A stretch of DNA of 64,000 nt. It comes from Candidatus Eiseniibacteriota bacterium. Its GTDB lineage: Bacteria; Eisenbacteria; RBG-16-71-46. This document shows, one piece after another, positions 38,146-51,191 of this stretch. Each line of letters starts with the position of its first letter. The first letter of the stretch is position 1. The position numbers and the translations under genes are program-made. The notes beneath the pieces were generated by a model. The model worked only from the letters and a program-made list of their open reading frames with translations. It made no database searches and was not told the origin of the DNA. The stretch spans positions 288,001 to 352,000 of the forward strand of contig CAVUWA010000009.1 of NCBI GenBank assembly GCA_963744995.1, in the 5' to 3' direction.

Positions 38146-40502
38146 GCACGACCATGAAGAGCCCGCCCGCCTGGACCCGCGAGGAAGCCGGCGACCCCGC
38201 CGCGGTGTCGGCGCGGCTCGCCCGCCGCGGCGTGAAGCTCGATGCGGAAGAGGTGACGCTGCTGCTCTCGCTGCTCGGCCGTCCGCCGCTGTGGCCCGAG
38301 GCGGTGCTGTTCGGGATCCTGTGGAGCGAGCATTGCTCCTACAAGTCGACGCGCCATCTCCTGAAGCGCCTGCCGAGCCGTGCGCCGCAGGTCGTGATCG
38401 GCCCCGGCGAGGACGCGGGCGTGGTGGCGCTGCCCGCGCCGTGCGAGGACCTCGTGCTGGTGCTGGCCCACGAGAGCCACAACCACCCGAGCCAGGTGCT
38501 GCCGGTGGAGGGCGCCGCCACCGGCGTCGGCGGCATCGTGCGCGACGTCGTGTGCATGGGAGCCGAGGTCGTGGGCGTGCTCGATGCGCTGCGCTTCGGC
38601 GACCCGGCGGGCGGGGTCCACACGCGCGACGTCGTGCGCGGCGTGGTGGAGGGGATCGCCGACTATGGCAACGCGCTCGGAATTCCGAACCTGGGCGGCG
38701 ACACGGTGTTCCATGGGGGATTCGACTCGAACGCCCTGGTCAACGTCATGGCCGTGGGGCTCGCGCCCGCGGACGGCGTGCTGCGCAGCCGCGTGCCCGA
38801 GGGCCCGGGGCCATGGGTATTCGTGCTCGCCGGCAAGCCGACCGACGAGAGCGGCTTCGGCGGTGCGTCGTTCGCCTCCGACGAACTGGGCGGCGCGGGC
38901 GACGACCAGCGCGGCGCGGTGCAGCTGCCGGACCCGTTCCTGAAACGCGTCCTGAACGTCGCCAACGAAGAGGTGTTCCGCCGTCTGCGCGAGCGCGGCA
39001 TCCCGGCCGGATTCAAGGACCTGGGCGCCGGCGGCATCGCCTGCGCGACGAGCGAGATGGCCGCCGCCGGCGGGCGCGGCGCCGCGATCGAGCTCGAACG
39101 CGCGCACCGGGTCGAGCGGCGGCTGCCGCCCGAGGTGCTGCTGTGCGCCGAGACGCAGGAGCGCTACTGCTGGGCGGTGCCGGAGGGGTTCGCCGGCGAG
39201 CTGTGCGCGATCTACGAGAAGATGTTCGCCCTGGGCGACGTCTACCCGGGCGCGGGGGCGCGCGTCGTCGGGGTCGCACTCGACGAGAAGGTGTACCGCG
39301 TGACGTGGGAGGGTGAGACGCTGATCGACTGTCCGGTGGACGCGATCACCGCCGGGCGGCGCGCGCCGCGCCGCGCCGAGCGCCGTCCGCCGGCGGGCCC
39401 CGCATCGATCGCGCGCGGCGGAATCGATCCGCGCCAGGCGCTGCTCGCGCTGCTCGCGGGGCGTCACCTCGGTTCGCGCGAATACCTCTATCGCCACTAC
39501 GACAGCGACGTGCAGGGCAGGACCTGGCTGCGCCCCGGCGAAGCCGACGCCGCGGTCGTGCGTGCGCACCCGCAGCGGGCGCTGGGGCTCGCCTTCGCCG
39601 TGGGCGGCAATCCTTTCTGGTGCGCCGCCGATCCCGAGCTCGGGGCGCGGCACGCGGTCGCCGAGGCGGCCCGCAACGTGGCCTGCGCCGGCGCGCGGCC
39701 CTGGGCGCTCACCGACTGCCTCAACTTCGGCCGGCCCGAGGACCCGCGCGTGATGGGTGATCTCGAGGCGACGCTCGAAGGCATGAGCGTCGCGGCCGAG
39801 GCGCTCGGCGCCCTGGCGCACCGCCAGGCGCCGCTGCCGTTCGTGAGCGGCAACGTCAGCCTCTACAATCACACCGGCGGCCGCGCCATTCCGGCCTCGC
39901 CGATCGTCATGTGTGCGGGCGTGGCGCCGGCGATCGAACGCACGCTTTCGCACGCGCTCTGGCAGCCGGGCCATTTCATCGTGCTGGTCGGTGAGCCGCG
40001 CGACGAGCTGCGCGGCTCCACCTTCGCGCGCGAGATCGCGGGACGCCCGGGGCTGCCGCCGCCGACGCTCGACCTCGACCACGAGCGGCGCCTTCAGGAG
40101 CTGGCGGTGGCCGCCGCGGAGGGCGGATGGGTGCGTGCGGCGCACGACGTATCGGACGGCGGTCTCGCCGTGGCGCTCGTGGAGATGATGCTGACCGCGC
40201 CCGCCCGTGGGCTCGGCCTCGATCTCGATCTGGGCGTGCTGGAAGCCGATGTCGACGCCGCCATGTTCTCGGAACGGCCGGCGATCCTGTTCGAGGTGCA
40301 GGCCGAGCGGGCGGCGCGCCTGTTCCACGGCGCGCGCGAACGCTCGCTCCTGGCCTGGCCGCTTGGCACCGTGACCCCGCGACCGGAACTCCGCATGCTG
40401 ACCCCGGACGCGGGCACGCTGAGCTGGACGCTGGAGGAGCTCGGCGCCGCCTCCGCGGCGCCGCTCGAGCGGCTCTGGAACGAAGAGGATGGGGGAACGT
40501 GA
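38142..40502 (+). CDS. purL: FGAM synthase subunit PurL (small type)
   Basis: WSEHCSYKS, GPGEDAG, ESHNHPS, DLGAGG, ETQER, TDCLNFG, SGNVSLYN, HDVSDGG. Confidence 0.95.
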   Translation: MSTTMKSPPAWTREEAGDPAAVSARLARRGVKLDAEEVTLLLSLLGRPPLWPEAVLFGILWSEHCSYKSTRHLLKRLPSRAPQVVIGPGEDAGVVALPAPCEDLVLVLAHESHNHPSQVLPVEGAATGVGGIVRDVVCMGAEVVGVLDALRFGDPAGGVHTRDVVRGVVEGIADYGNALGIPNLGGDTVFHGGFDSNALVNVMAVGLAPADGVLRSRVPEGPGPWVFVLAGKPTDESGFGGASFASDELGGAGDDQRGAVQLPDPFLKRVLNVANEEVFRRLRERGIPAGFKDLGAGGIACATSEMAAAGGRGAAIELERAHRVERRLPPEVLLCAETQERYCWAVPEGFAGELCAIYEKMFALGDVYPGAGARVVGVALDEKVYRVTWEGETLIDCPVDAITAGRRAPRRAERRPPAGPASIARGGIDPRQALLALLAGRHLGSREYLYRHYDSDVQGRTWLRPGEADAAVVRAHPQRALGLAFAVGGNPFWCAADPELGARHAVAEAARNVACAGARPWALTDCLNFGRPEDPRVMGDLEATLEGMSVAAEALGALAHRQAPLPFVSGNVSLYNHTGGRAIPASPIVMCAGVAPAIERTLSHALWQPGHFIVLVGEPRDELRGSTFAREIAGRPGLPPPTLDLDHERRLQELAVAAAEGGWVRAAHDVSDGGLAVALVEMMLTAPARGLGLDLDLGVLEADVDAAMFSERPAILFEVQAERAARLFHGARERSLLAWPLGTVTPRPELRMLTPDAGTLSWTLEELGAASAAPLERLWNEEDGGT

Positions 40503-41323
40503 TGGGACGGCGCGTGGCGGTGCTGCAGTTCCCGGGCGTCAACTGCGAGGCCGAGACGGTGCGCGCGCTCGCGGCGGTGGGTCTCGAGCCGGCCCTGTTC
40601 CTGTGGACGACACCGGCCGAGGAGCTGCGCGGTTTCGACGCCTACGTCCTGCCCGGGGGCTTCGCGTATCAGGATCGCGTGCGGGCCGGCGCGCTCGCGG
40701 CCAAGGACCCGATGGTCGCCGTATTGTGCGGGGAGGCCGCGCGCGGCAAGCCGGTGCTCGGCATCTGCAACGGAGCCCAGGTGCTGGTCGAGGCCGGGCT
40801 CGTCCCACACGACTCGCAGGTCGAGCTCGCGCTCGCGCGCAACCGGATGCCGCGCCGCGCCGGCTACCACGCACGCTGGATCTACACGCGGGTCGAGGCT
40901 TCGCGCTGCATCTTCACGCGCCATCTGAAGAAGGGGACGCTGCTGCCGCTGCAGGTCGGGCATGGCGAGGGGCGCTTCGTCTCGGCGGTGAAGGGTCGCC
41001 TCGCGGCGCTGAAACGCAGCGGGCAGACGCCGCTCGTTTACGCGACCCCCGGAGGGCGGCTCGCGCGCGGCTATCCGGACAACCCGAACGGCTCGGAGGG
41101 CGCCGTGGCCGCCGTCTGCAACGAGCGCGGCAACGTGCTGGCGATGATGCCGCATCCCGACCGCGCGCAGTCGCTGGCGGCGCTGCCGCCCGCGATCGCC
41201 GGCGCCTGGCATGACCGGAGGGAGCAGGCGCGGGCCGGCTCGGCCGCGACGCTGCTCGATGCGCGGGGCCCGGGCCTGCTGCTGTTCGAGGGGCTTTTCC
41301 GGCACCTCGAGGAGGTCGCATGA
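40502..41323 (+). CDS. purQ: FGAM synthase glutaminase subunit
   Basis: FPGVNC, LPGGFAYQD, LGICNG, HGEGRF, NPNGS, MMPHPD. Confidence 0.93.
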   Translation: MGRRVAVLQFPGVNCEAETVRALAAVGLEPALFLWTTPAEELRGFDAYVLPGGFAYQDRVRAGALAAKDPMVAVLCGEAARGKPVLGICNGAQVLVEAGLVPHDSQVELALARNRMPRRAGYHARWIYTRVEASRCIFTRHLKKGTLLPLQVGHGEGRFVSAVKGRLAALKRSGQTPLVYATPGGRLARGYPDNPNGSEGAVAAVCNERGNVLAMMPHPDRAQSLAALPPAIAGAWHDRREQARAGSAATLLDARGPGLLLFEGLFRHLEEVA

Positions 41324-41879
41324 GCGGCACCGCACGGCCGAAGCAGGCGCAGGCCTGGATCGAGCTCAAGGCGGACGACCCGGCGGCGGTTTCGGCGCTG
41401 GGCGTCGCCCGCGCCCGCCTCGCGGCCGGGCGCACGCTCGCGCACCTCCGGCGCTACCGGGTCATCGAACTGCAGGGGGTACTGCCCGCGGTGCCGTTGC
41501 TCGCCACGCACCTGCACGCATCCACCTGGTTCTTCAATCCGCACAAGGAGACCTGCGTGCTGCGCACGGGGCGCGAGGATCCGCTGCCCCCCGGAGCACG
41601 GGGCGAGATCCTGCTGATCGCCGAGCGCGGCGGTGCGCGGCGGCCCGCCGCGGAACGCTGGTGGCGCCATGCGGTGGGCGGCCGCATCACGGTGCGCGAA
41701 GGCGTCGCCTGGGCGCTCGAATTCAGCGACGCCGCCGGCGCCGCCGCGCACGCGGAAGCGTTGCTGACGGTGCGGGATCAGGCGCACGGGCTGTTCGCCA
41801 ATCCGCACGCGCAGCGCGCGCGGCGCGCAGGGGCGGAGGTGCCGCTCACGTGGCTCGCCGAAGCCGAACAGGAGGGGAC

Positions 41880-41883
<4 letters not shown>
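41320..41883 (+). CDS. PurS-like protein, apparently two tandem PurS-type domains
   Basis: Between purQ and purF with ATGA overlaps; ELKADDP...FFNPHKE and a second ...LFANPHAQ; about twice PurS length. Confidence 0.6.
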
Positions 41884-43316
<1,433 letters not shown>

Positions 43317-43355
43317 GCGGCGGCGACCGGTCCGTCGGCGCGTACGCGCCGCGTC

Positions 43356-43385
43356 TTGACAGTGCGCCGACCGCATTCCTAGATT
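43356..43385 (+). promoter_or_regulatory. sigma70-type promoter of the lysS operon
   Basis: TTGACA (43356-43361), 18-nt spacer, TAGATT (43380-43385). Confidence 0.7.
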
Positions 43386-43442
43386 CGTTCGATTCGGACC
43401 CCCGCACCGGGGCGTCCGTGCCTCCCGCGCCGAAAGGAAGCC

Positions 43443-44975
43443 ATGCCGCTCGAAGACATCATGCGTGAACGCGCCGCGAAGCTGGAGCGCTGGCGCGGGA
43501 TCGGGGTGGCGCCGTACGCGTATCGCTACGAGGTCACGCACCGCGCCGCCGAGCTGCTCGGGCGCGGTGCGGCGGTCACCGAGGCTCCGGGCGAAAAGGT
43601 GCGCATCGCCGGGCGCGTGATGTCGACCCGCGGCCACGGCAAGGCGGGCTTCGCGCACCTGCTCGATGCCAGCGGCCGGATCCAGATCTACTGCCGGGCG
43701 GACGAGATGGGGGACGGCTTCGAGCGCTACCGGCTGCTCGACGTGGGCGACTGGGCGGGGGTCGAGGGGCGCCTGTTCCGCACCCGCACCGGCGAGATCA
43801 CCGTGCGCGCAGAGGTCGTCGAGCTGCTGGCCAAGTCCATGCGCCCGCTGCCCGAGAAGTGGCACGGCTTGCGCGATCCCGACACGCGCTATCGCCAGCG
43901 TTACGTCGATCTGTTCATGAACGACGACGTGCGCGAGGTGTTCCGGCGGCGCTCGAAGCTGATCGCGGGGCTGCGCGCGGGACTCGAGGCGCGCGGCTAC
44001 CTCGAGGTCGAGACCCCGGTGCTGCAGCCGCTCTACGGCGGCGCGTTCGCGCGGCCGTTCGTGACGCGCCACCACGCCCTCGACATGGAGTTCTATCTGC
44101 GCATCTCGAACGAGCTCTACCTGAAGCGCCTGATCGTCGGCGGGCTCGAGCGCGTCTACGAGTTCGCGCGCGACTTCCGCAACGAGGGCATCGACCGGAC
44201 CCACAGTCCGGAGTTCACGATGCTCGAGTTCTACGAGGCGTTCGCCGACGTGAACGACATGATGGCCTTCACCGAAGCGCTGGTGAGCCGGGCCGTGGAA
44301 GCCGCCTGCGGAACCCGCACGATCGAGTTCCAGGGGCAGCGTATCGACTTCACGCCGCCGTGGCCGCGCGTCTCGATGCTGGACGCGGTGAGCGGCAAGG
44401 TGGGGGAATCGGTGCACGACCTGGACCCGGCCCGGCTCGAGCGGCTGGTGCGGGCGCGCGGCGCCGAACCGCGGCCCGGCACCGGCGCCGGCGGCTGTCT
44501 CGACGAGCTGTTCACCGAGCTCGTGCAGCCCGAGCTCGTCCAGCCCACGTTCGTCGTGGATTTCCCGATCGAGACGTCGCCGCTCGCACGCGTCTCGCGG
44601 GCGAATCCGGCGGTGGTCGAGCGCTTCGAGCTGTTCGTCGCCGGGATGGAGCTCGCCAACGCGTTTTCCGAGCAGAACGATCCGGATGCGCAGAAGCACG
44701 CGTTCGAGGCGCAGATGGAGCGCCGCCAGGCCGGCGACGAGGAGGCGCAGGTGATGGATCACGACTACGTGCGCGCCCTCGAGTACGGCATGCCGCCGAC
44801 CGGCGGAGTCGGCATCGGCATCGACCGCCTCGCGATGATCGTCGCCGACGTGCGCAACATCCGCGAGGTGATCCTGTTTCCGGCGCTGCGCCCCGAGGAG
44901 GGGCGCGAGGGTCCCGACGGGGAGGACGAGCCGGCCGCGCCCGACGCGAGCCCTTCGTCGGCCCCGGCACGGTGA
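43443..44975 (+). CDS. lysS: lysine-tRNA ligase (class II)
   Basis: PLPEKWHGL, EVETP, ELYLKRL, FRNEG, EYGMPPTGG.GIGIDRL. Confidence 0.97.
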   Translation: MPLEDIMRERAAKLERWRGIGVAPYAYRYEVTHRAAELLGRGAAVTEAPGEKVRIAGRVMSTRGHGKAGFAHLLDASGRIQIYCRADEMGDGFERYRLLDVGDWAGVEGRLFRTRTGEITVRAEVVELLAKSMRPLPEKWHGLRDPDTRYRQRYVDLFMNDDVREVFRRRSKLIAGLRAGLEARGYLEVETPVLQPLYGGAFARPFVTRHHALDMEFYLRISNELYLKRLIVGGLERVYEFARDFRNEGIDRTHSPEFTMLEFYEAFADVNDMMAFTEALVSRAVEAACGTRTIEFQGQRIDFTPPWPRVSMLDAVSGKVGESVHDLDPARLERLVRARGAEPRPGTGAGGCLDELFTELVQPELVQPTFVVDFPIETSPLARVSRANPAVVERFELFVAGMELANAFSEQNDPDAQKHAFEAQMERRQAGDEEAQVMDHDYVRALEYGMPPTGGVGIGIDRLAMIVADVRNIREVILFPALRPEEGREGPDGEDEPAAPDASPSSAPAR

Positions 44976-46210
44976 GCCCCTCCCTCTGGATCGCGCTCCG
45001 CTATCTGCGGACGCGCCGCCAGCACGGCTTCATCACGCTGCTCACCGGCATCTCGATCGGCGGCGTGGCGCTCGGGGTCACCGCGCTCCTCACGGTGCTG
45101 GCGGTGATGAACGGATTCGAGAACGAGGTGCAGTCGCGCATCGCCGGCACCGACGCGCACGTGGTCCTGCTCGGCGAATCGGTGAAGGGGATCGACGATC
45201 CCGATACGCTGGTGGCGCGCACGCGGCGCCTGCCGGGCGTCGTCGGCGCGGCGCCGTTCACCTACGCGAAGGCGATGGTTCTGCACGAGGGCCTCGCCGA
45301 AGGGCTGGTGGTGAAGGGCGTGGACCTCGGCGAGGAGCGGCACGTGACCTCGGTCGCCGAGCACATCGAGCCGGCGCTCGATTCGATCCCGCGCGCGGAC
45401 GCGGACGGGCGGCCCGGCATCGTGCTCGGCACGCAGCTGGCCGGCCGGCTCGGCGTGCAGGTCGGCGACGAGGTCGTGCTGGCGTCGCTCGCGGGGGCGG
45501 AGCAGTCGGCGATGGGTTTCGCCCCGAGACTCAGAAAGTTCCGCGTCGTCGGGCTCTTCACCTCGGGCCTCTACACCTACGATTCCAGCTTCGGTTTCGT
45601 GGCCATTCCGGCCGCGCAGTCGTTCTTCGAGCTCGGCCGCGCGGTGACCGGCATCGAGATCCGGCTCGCCGACATGTTCGACGCCCCGCGCGCCTCGCAG
45701 GCCATTCTCGAGGCGCTGCACGACCCGGGACTGCGCGCCAACAACTGGATCGAGCTCAACCGCAACCTGTTCACATGGATGAAGCTCGAGAAGGTGGTCA
45801 TGTTCGTGATCCTCGCCCTGATCGTCCTGGTGGCCGCCTTCAACATCGTGAGCACGCTGTTCATGGTCGTGCTGGAGAAGCGTCGCGACATCGGGGTGCT
45901 CAAGTCCATGGGCGCCACCCGCGGCGCGGTGCTGCAGATCTTCCTCGCCGAAGGGCTGCTGATCGGCGGGCTCGGGACCGGACTTGGGGTGGCGCTCGGC
46001 GGGCTGCTGATCGCGCTGCTCAAGCGCTACCCGTTCGTGCGCCTGCCGGGCGACGTGTACTTCATCGAACGGCTGCCGGTGCGGCCGGAGATGGGAGACT
46101 TCGCCGCCGTCATTCTGGCCGCTCTCGTGCTGTGCCTGGCCGCTGCGCTCTACCCGGCGTGGCGTGCGGCCTCATTGGAGCCGGTCGACGCGATCCGGCG
46201 CCAAAGCTGA
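44972..46210 (+). CDS. lolE: lipoprotein-releasing ABC transporter permease (LolC/E family)
   Basis: IALRYL, VLAVMNGF, LVAAFNI, EKRRDIGVLKSMGA, YPAWRA. Confidence 0.88.
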   Translation: MSPSLWIALRYLRTRRQHGFITLLTGISIGGVALGVTALLTVLAVMNGFENEVQSRIAGTDAHVVLLGESVKGIDDPDTLVARTRRLPGVVGAAPFTYAKAMVLHEGLAEGLVVKGVDLGEERHVTSVAEHIEPALDSIPRADADGRPGIVLGTQLAGRLGVQVGDEVVLASLAGAEQSAMGFAPRLRKFRVVGLFTSGLYTYDSSFGFVAIPAAQSFFELGRAVTGIEIRLADMFDAPRASQAILEALHDPGLRANNWIELNRNLFTWMKLEKVVMFVILALIVLVAAFNIVSTLFMVVLEKRRDIGVLKSMGATRGAVLQIFLAEGLLIGGLGTGLGVALGGLLIALLKRYPFVRLPGDVYFIERLPVRPEMGDFAAVILAALVLCLAAALYPAWRAASLEPVDAIRRQS

Positions 46211-46236
46211 TGCGTCGCGTGAAAGGACGTCGTTAA

Positions 46237-46944
46237 GTGACTGCGGTAGCGTCCGTTGAAATGAATAGCGCGGTTCTGACCGCGAGCCGCATCCAAAAGG
46301 CATACGAGGCGCCGACGGGGCGTCTGGTGATTCTCGATGGCGTGGATCTCGAGGTCGAGCGTGGCACGGTTCTCGCAATTCTCGGAGCTTCCGGCGCGGG
46401 CAAGAGCACGCTGCTGAACGTCCTCGGCACGCTGGATACGCCGGATGCGGGCACGGTCCGGATCGGCGGCGAGGACGTGGGGGCGATGGGCGAGCGGGCA
46501 CTGGCCCGGCTGCGCGCCCGCAAGCTGGGTTTCGTCTTTCAGTTCCATCATCTGCTTCCGGAGTTCACCGCGATGGAGAACGTGATGATGCCGCTCAGGA
46601 TCGGGGGGCTGGACGCGGCCGCGGCCCGCGACCGCGCGCGCGCCGCGCTGACGGATGTCGGCCTCGAGGAGCGCTGGGAGCACGTTCCGGCCGAGCTCTC
46701 GGGCGGCGAGGCGCAGCGCGTCGCCGTCGCCCGCGCCCTGGCGGCCTCGCCGGAGCTGCTGCTCGCCGACGAGCCCTCCGGGAACCTCGATCCGGCGGCC
46801 GCCGGCGCGCTGCACGAGCTGCTCAGGCGCCTCGCCCGCGAGCGGCGCCAGACGTTTGTGGTCGTGACGCACAATGATAGGCTGGCCGCGATGGCGGACC
46901 GGGTCCTGCTGCTCGAGCGGGGCCGGCTCGTGCCGCGTACCTGA
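46237..46944 (+). CDS. lolD: lipoprotein-releasing ABC transporter ATPase (start 46237 or 46261)
   Basis: GASGAGKS, FQFHHLLPEF, LSGGE, ADEPSGNLD. Confidence 0.9.
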   Translation: MTAVASVEMNSAVLTASRIQKAYEAPTGRLVILDGVDLEVERGTVLAILGASGAGKSTLLNVLGTLDTPDAGTVRIGGEDVGAMGERALARLRARKLGFVFQFHHLLPEFTAMENVMMPLRIGGLDAAAARDRARAALTDVGLEERWEHVPAELSGGEAQRVAVARALAASPELLLADEPSGNLDPAAAGALHELLRRLARERRQTFVVVTHNDRLAAMADRVLLLERGRLVPRT

Positions 46945-46959
46945 GGGGGCTGTTCGCGC

Positions 46960-47484
46960 ATGCTGTGCCAGATCTGCGGCAAGAATCCGGCGACGGTGCA
47001 CTACACCGAAGCGCACGACAACAAGATGTCCGAAATCCACGTCTGCGAGAACTGTGCCGAGGAGAAGGGCTTCCAGCAGTCGGCGAAGCAGCATCAGTTC
47101 GACATCGGCGAACTGCTCGCGGGGATGGTGGACACGATGACCAGCACCGAGGAAGAGCGCGTGGGGCACGTGCAGTGCCCCGAGTGCGGCCTGCCGTACT
47201 CGGGCTTCAAGGAGACCGGGCGGCTGGGCTGCGCGAATTGCTACGCCGCATTCCAGTTCCAGCTGCGGCCGCTGCTGAGGCGCATCCACGGCGACACCCG
47301 GCACCGCGGCAAGGTGCCGGTCCGTGACGGCGAAGGCGTGTCGCGCACGCGGCAGATCCAGCGCCTGCACGACGAGCTGCGGCGCGCGGTCGAGCGCGAG
47401 GCGTTCGAGCGCGCGGCGGAGATCCGCGACGAGATCAAGCGGCTGGAGGCGGTATCGGAGACGCCCGCGGAGGGACGCTCATGA
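46960..47484 (+). CDS. mcsA: McsA, protein-arginine kinase activator
   Basis: Four CxxC motifs, GRLGC, C-terminal UVR domain EAFERAAEIRDEIK. Confidence 0.92.
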   Translation: MLCQICGKNPATVHYTEAHDNKMSEIHVCENCAEEKGFQQSAKQHQFDIGELLAGMVDTMTSTEEERVGHVQCPECGLPYSGFKETGRLGCANCYAAFQFQLRPLLRRIHGDTRHRGKVPVRDGEGVSRTRQIQRLHDELRRAVEREAFERAAEIRDEIKRLEAVSETPAEGRS

Positions 47485-48590
47485 CGAAGCGCAGGGAACC
47501 CGAAGTGCCGGGCGACTTCGGCGAGCTGATCGCGACGCCGAGCCCGTGGCTCGGCGGCGCGGGGCCGCACTCGGACATGGTGCTGTCGACCCGCATCCGC
47601 CTCGCCCGCAACCTGTCGAGCGTGCCGTTCACGCATCGTGCGCGCGAGGAGCAGCTGCAGGGCGTGATGCTCAGCGTCTCCGGCGCCGTGCAGCGTTCGG
47701 GCGCGTTCGGCGACGGCCTGCTGCTCAGGATGAACGAGCTCACCCCGATCCAGCGCCAGGTGCTGGTCGAGCGCCATCTGGTGAGTCACGAGATGGGCGA
47801 CGGCGCGCGGCCGCGCGGCCTCGCGGTGGGCCGTGACCCGCGGCTGTCGCTGATGATCAACGAAGAGGACCATCTGCGACTGCAGTGCATGGTCCCGGGT
47901 TTCCAGCTGGCCGAGGCGTGGAGCGCGGCCGACGCGGCCGACGACGAGCTCGGCTCGACGCTCGACTTCGCCTTCAGCGACGAGATCGGCTACCTGACCG
48001 CGTGCCCGACCAACGCCGGCACCGGGCTCAGGGCCTCGGTCCTGATCCACCTGCCGGCGCTCGTGCTGCTCGACGAGATCCAGAAAGTGCTGAAGAGCGT
48101 CATGCAGGTGGGGCTCAACGTGCGCGGTCTCTATGGCGAGCACAGCGAGGTCATGGGCAACCTGTTTCAGATCTCCAATCAGACCACGCTCGGTCGCAGC
48201 GAGCGCGACTCGATCGAGAGCCTGGAACGGGTCTCGCGGCAGATCATCGAAACCGAGGAGCGCGCGCGCGAGCGCATGCTGCGTGACGCGCGCGTCCAGA
48301 TCGAGGACAAAGTGTGGCGCGCGTACGGTACGCTGCGGTACTGCCGGTCCGTGCATACGCGCGAGGTCATCAACCTGTGTTCGGCCGTGCGGCTCGGCGT
48401 GGCGCTCGGGCTCGAGGGACTGTGCCCGCTCCGCGTCGTCAACGAACTCCTGATCGTGACCCAGACGGCCCACCTGCAGCACGCGGCCGGCCGGGAACTC
48501 TCGCAGGCGGAGCGCAACGTGTTCCGCGCGCAGGTGGTCCGCGACCATCTGGCGGCGGCGGAATCCGCCGGCGGGGAGTCGGTATCATGA
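47481..48590 (+). CDS. mcsB: protein-arginine kinase
   Basis: STRIRLARN, LVERHLVS, MINEEDHLR, CPTNAGTGLRASV, RGLYGE, FQISNQ. Confidence 0.95.
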   Translation: MTKRREPEVPGDFGELIATPSPWLGGAGPHSDMVLSTRIRLARNLSSVPFTHRAREEQLQGVMLSVSGAVQRSGAFGDGLLLRMNELTPIQRQVLVERHLVSHEMGDGARPRGLAVGRDPRLSLMINEEDHLRLQCMVPGFQLAEAWSAADAADDELGSTLDFAFSDEIGYLTACPTNAGTGLRASVLIHLPALVLLDEIQKVLKSVMQVGLNVRGLYGEHSEVMGNLFQISNQTTLGRSERDSIESLERVSRQIIETEERARERMLRDARVQIEDKVWRAYGTLRYCRSVHTREVINLCSAVRLGVALGLEGLCPLRVVNELLIVTQTAHLQHAAGRELSQAERNVFRAQVVRDHLAAAESAGGESVS

Positions 48591-48709
48591 GCGACAGCGC
48601 CAGGGAAGGCATGCGGGCGTCACGCGCATCGTGACGCGAAACAGACGACGGTCCGGGCGCAGCGAGGTCCGGGTGAGGCTCACCACCGGCAGGGGAAGAA
48701 AAGGACGCC

Positions 48710-51184
<2,475 letters not shown>

Positions 51185-51191
51185 GGCGGTT

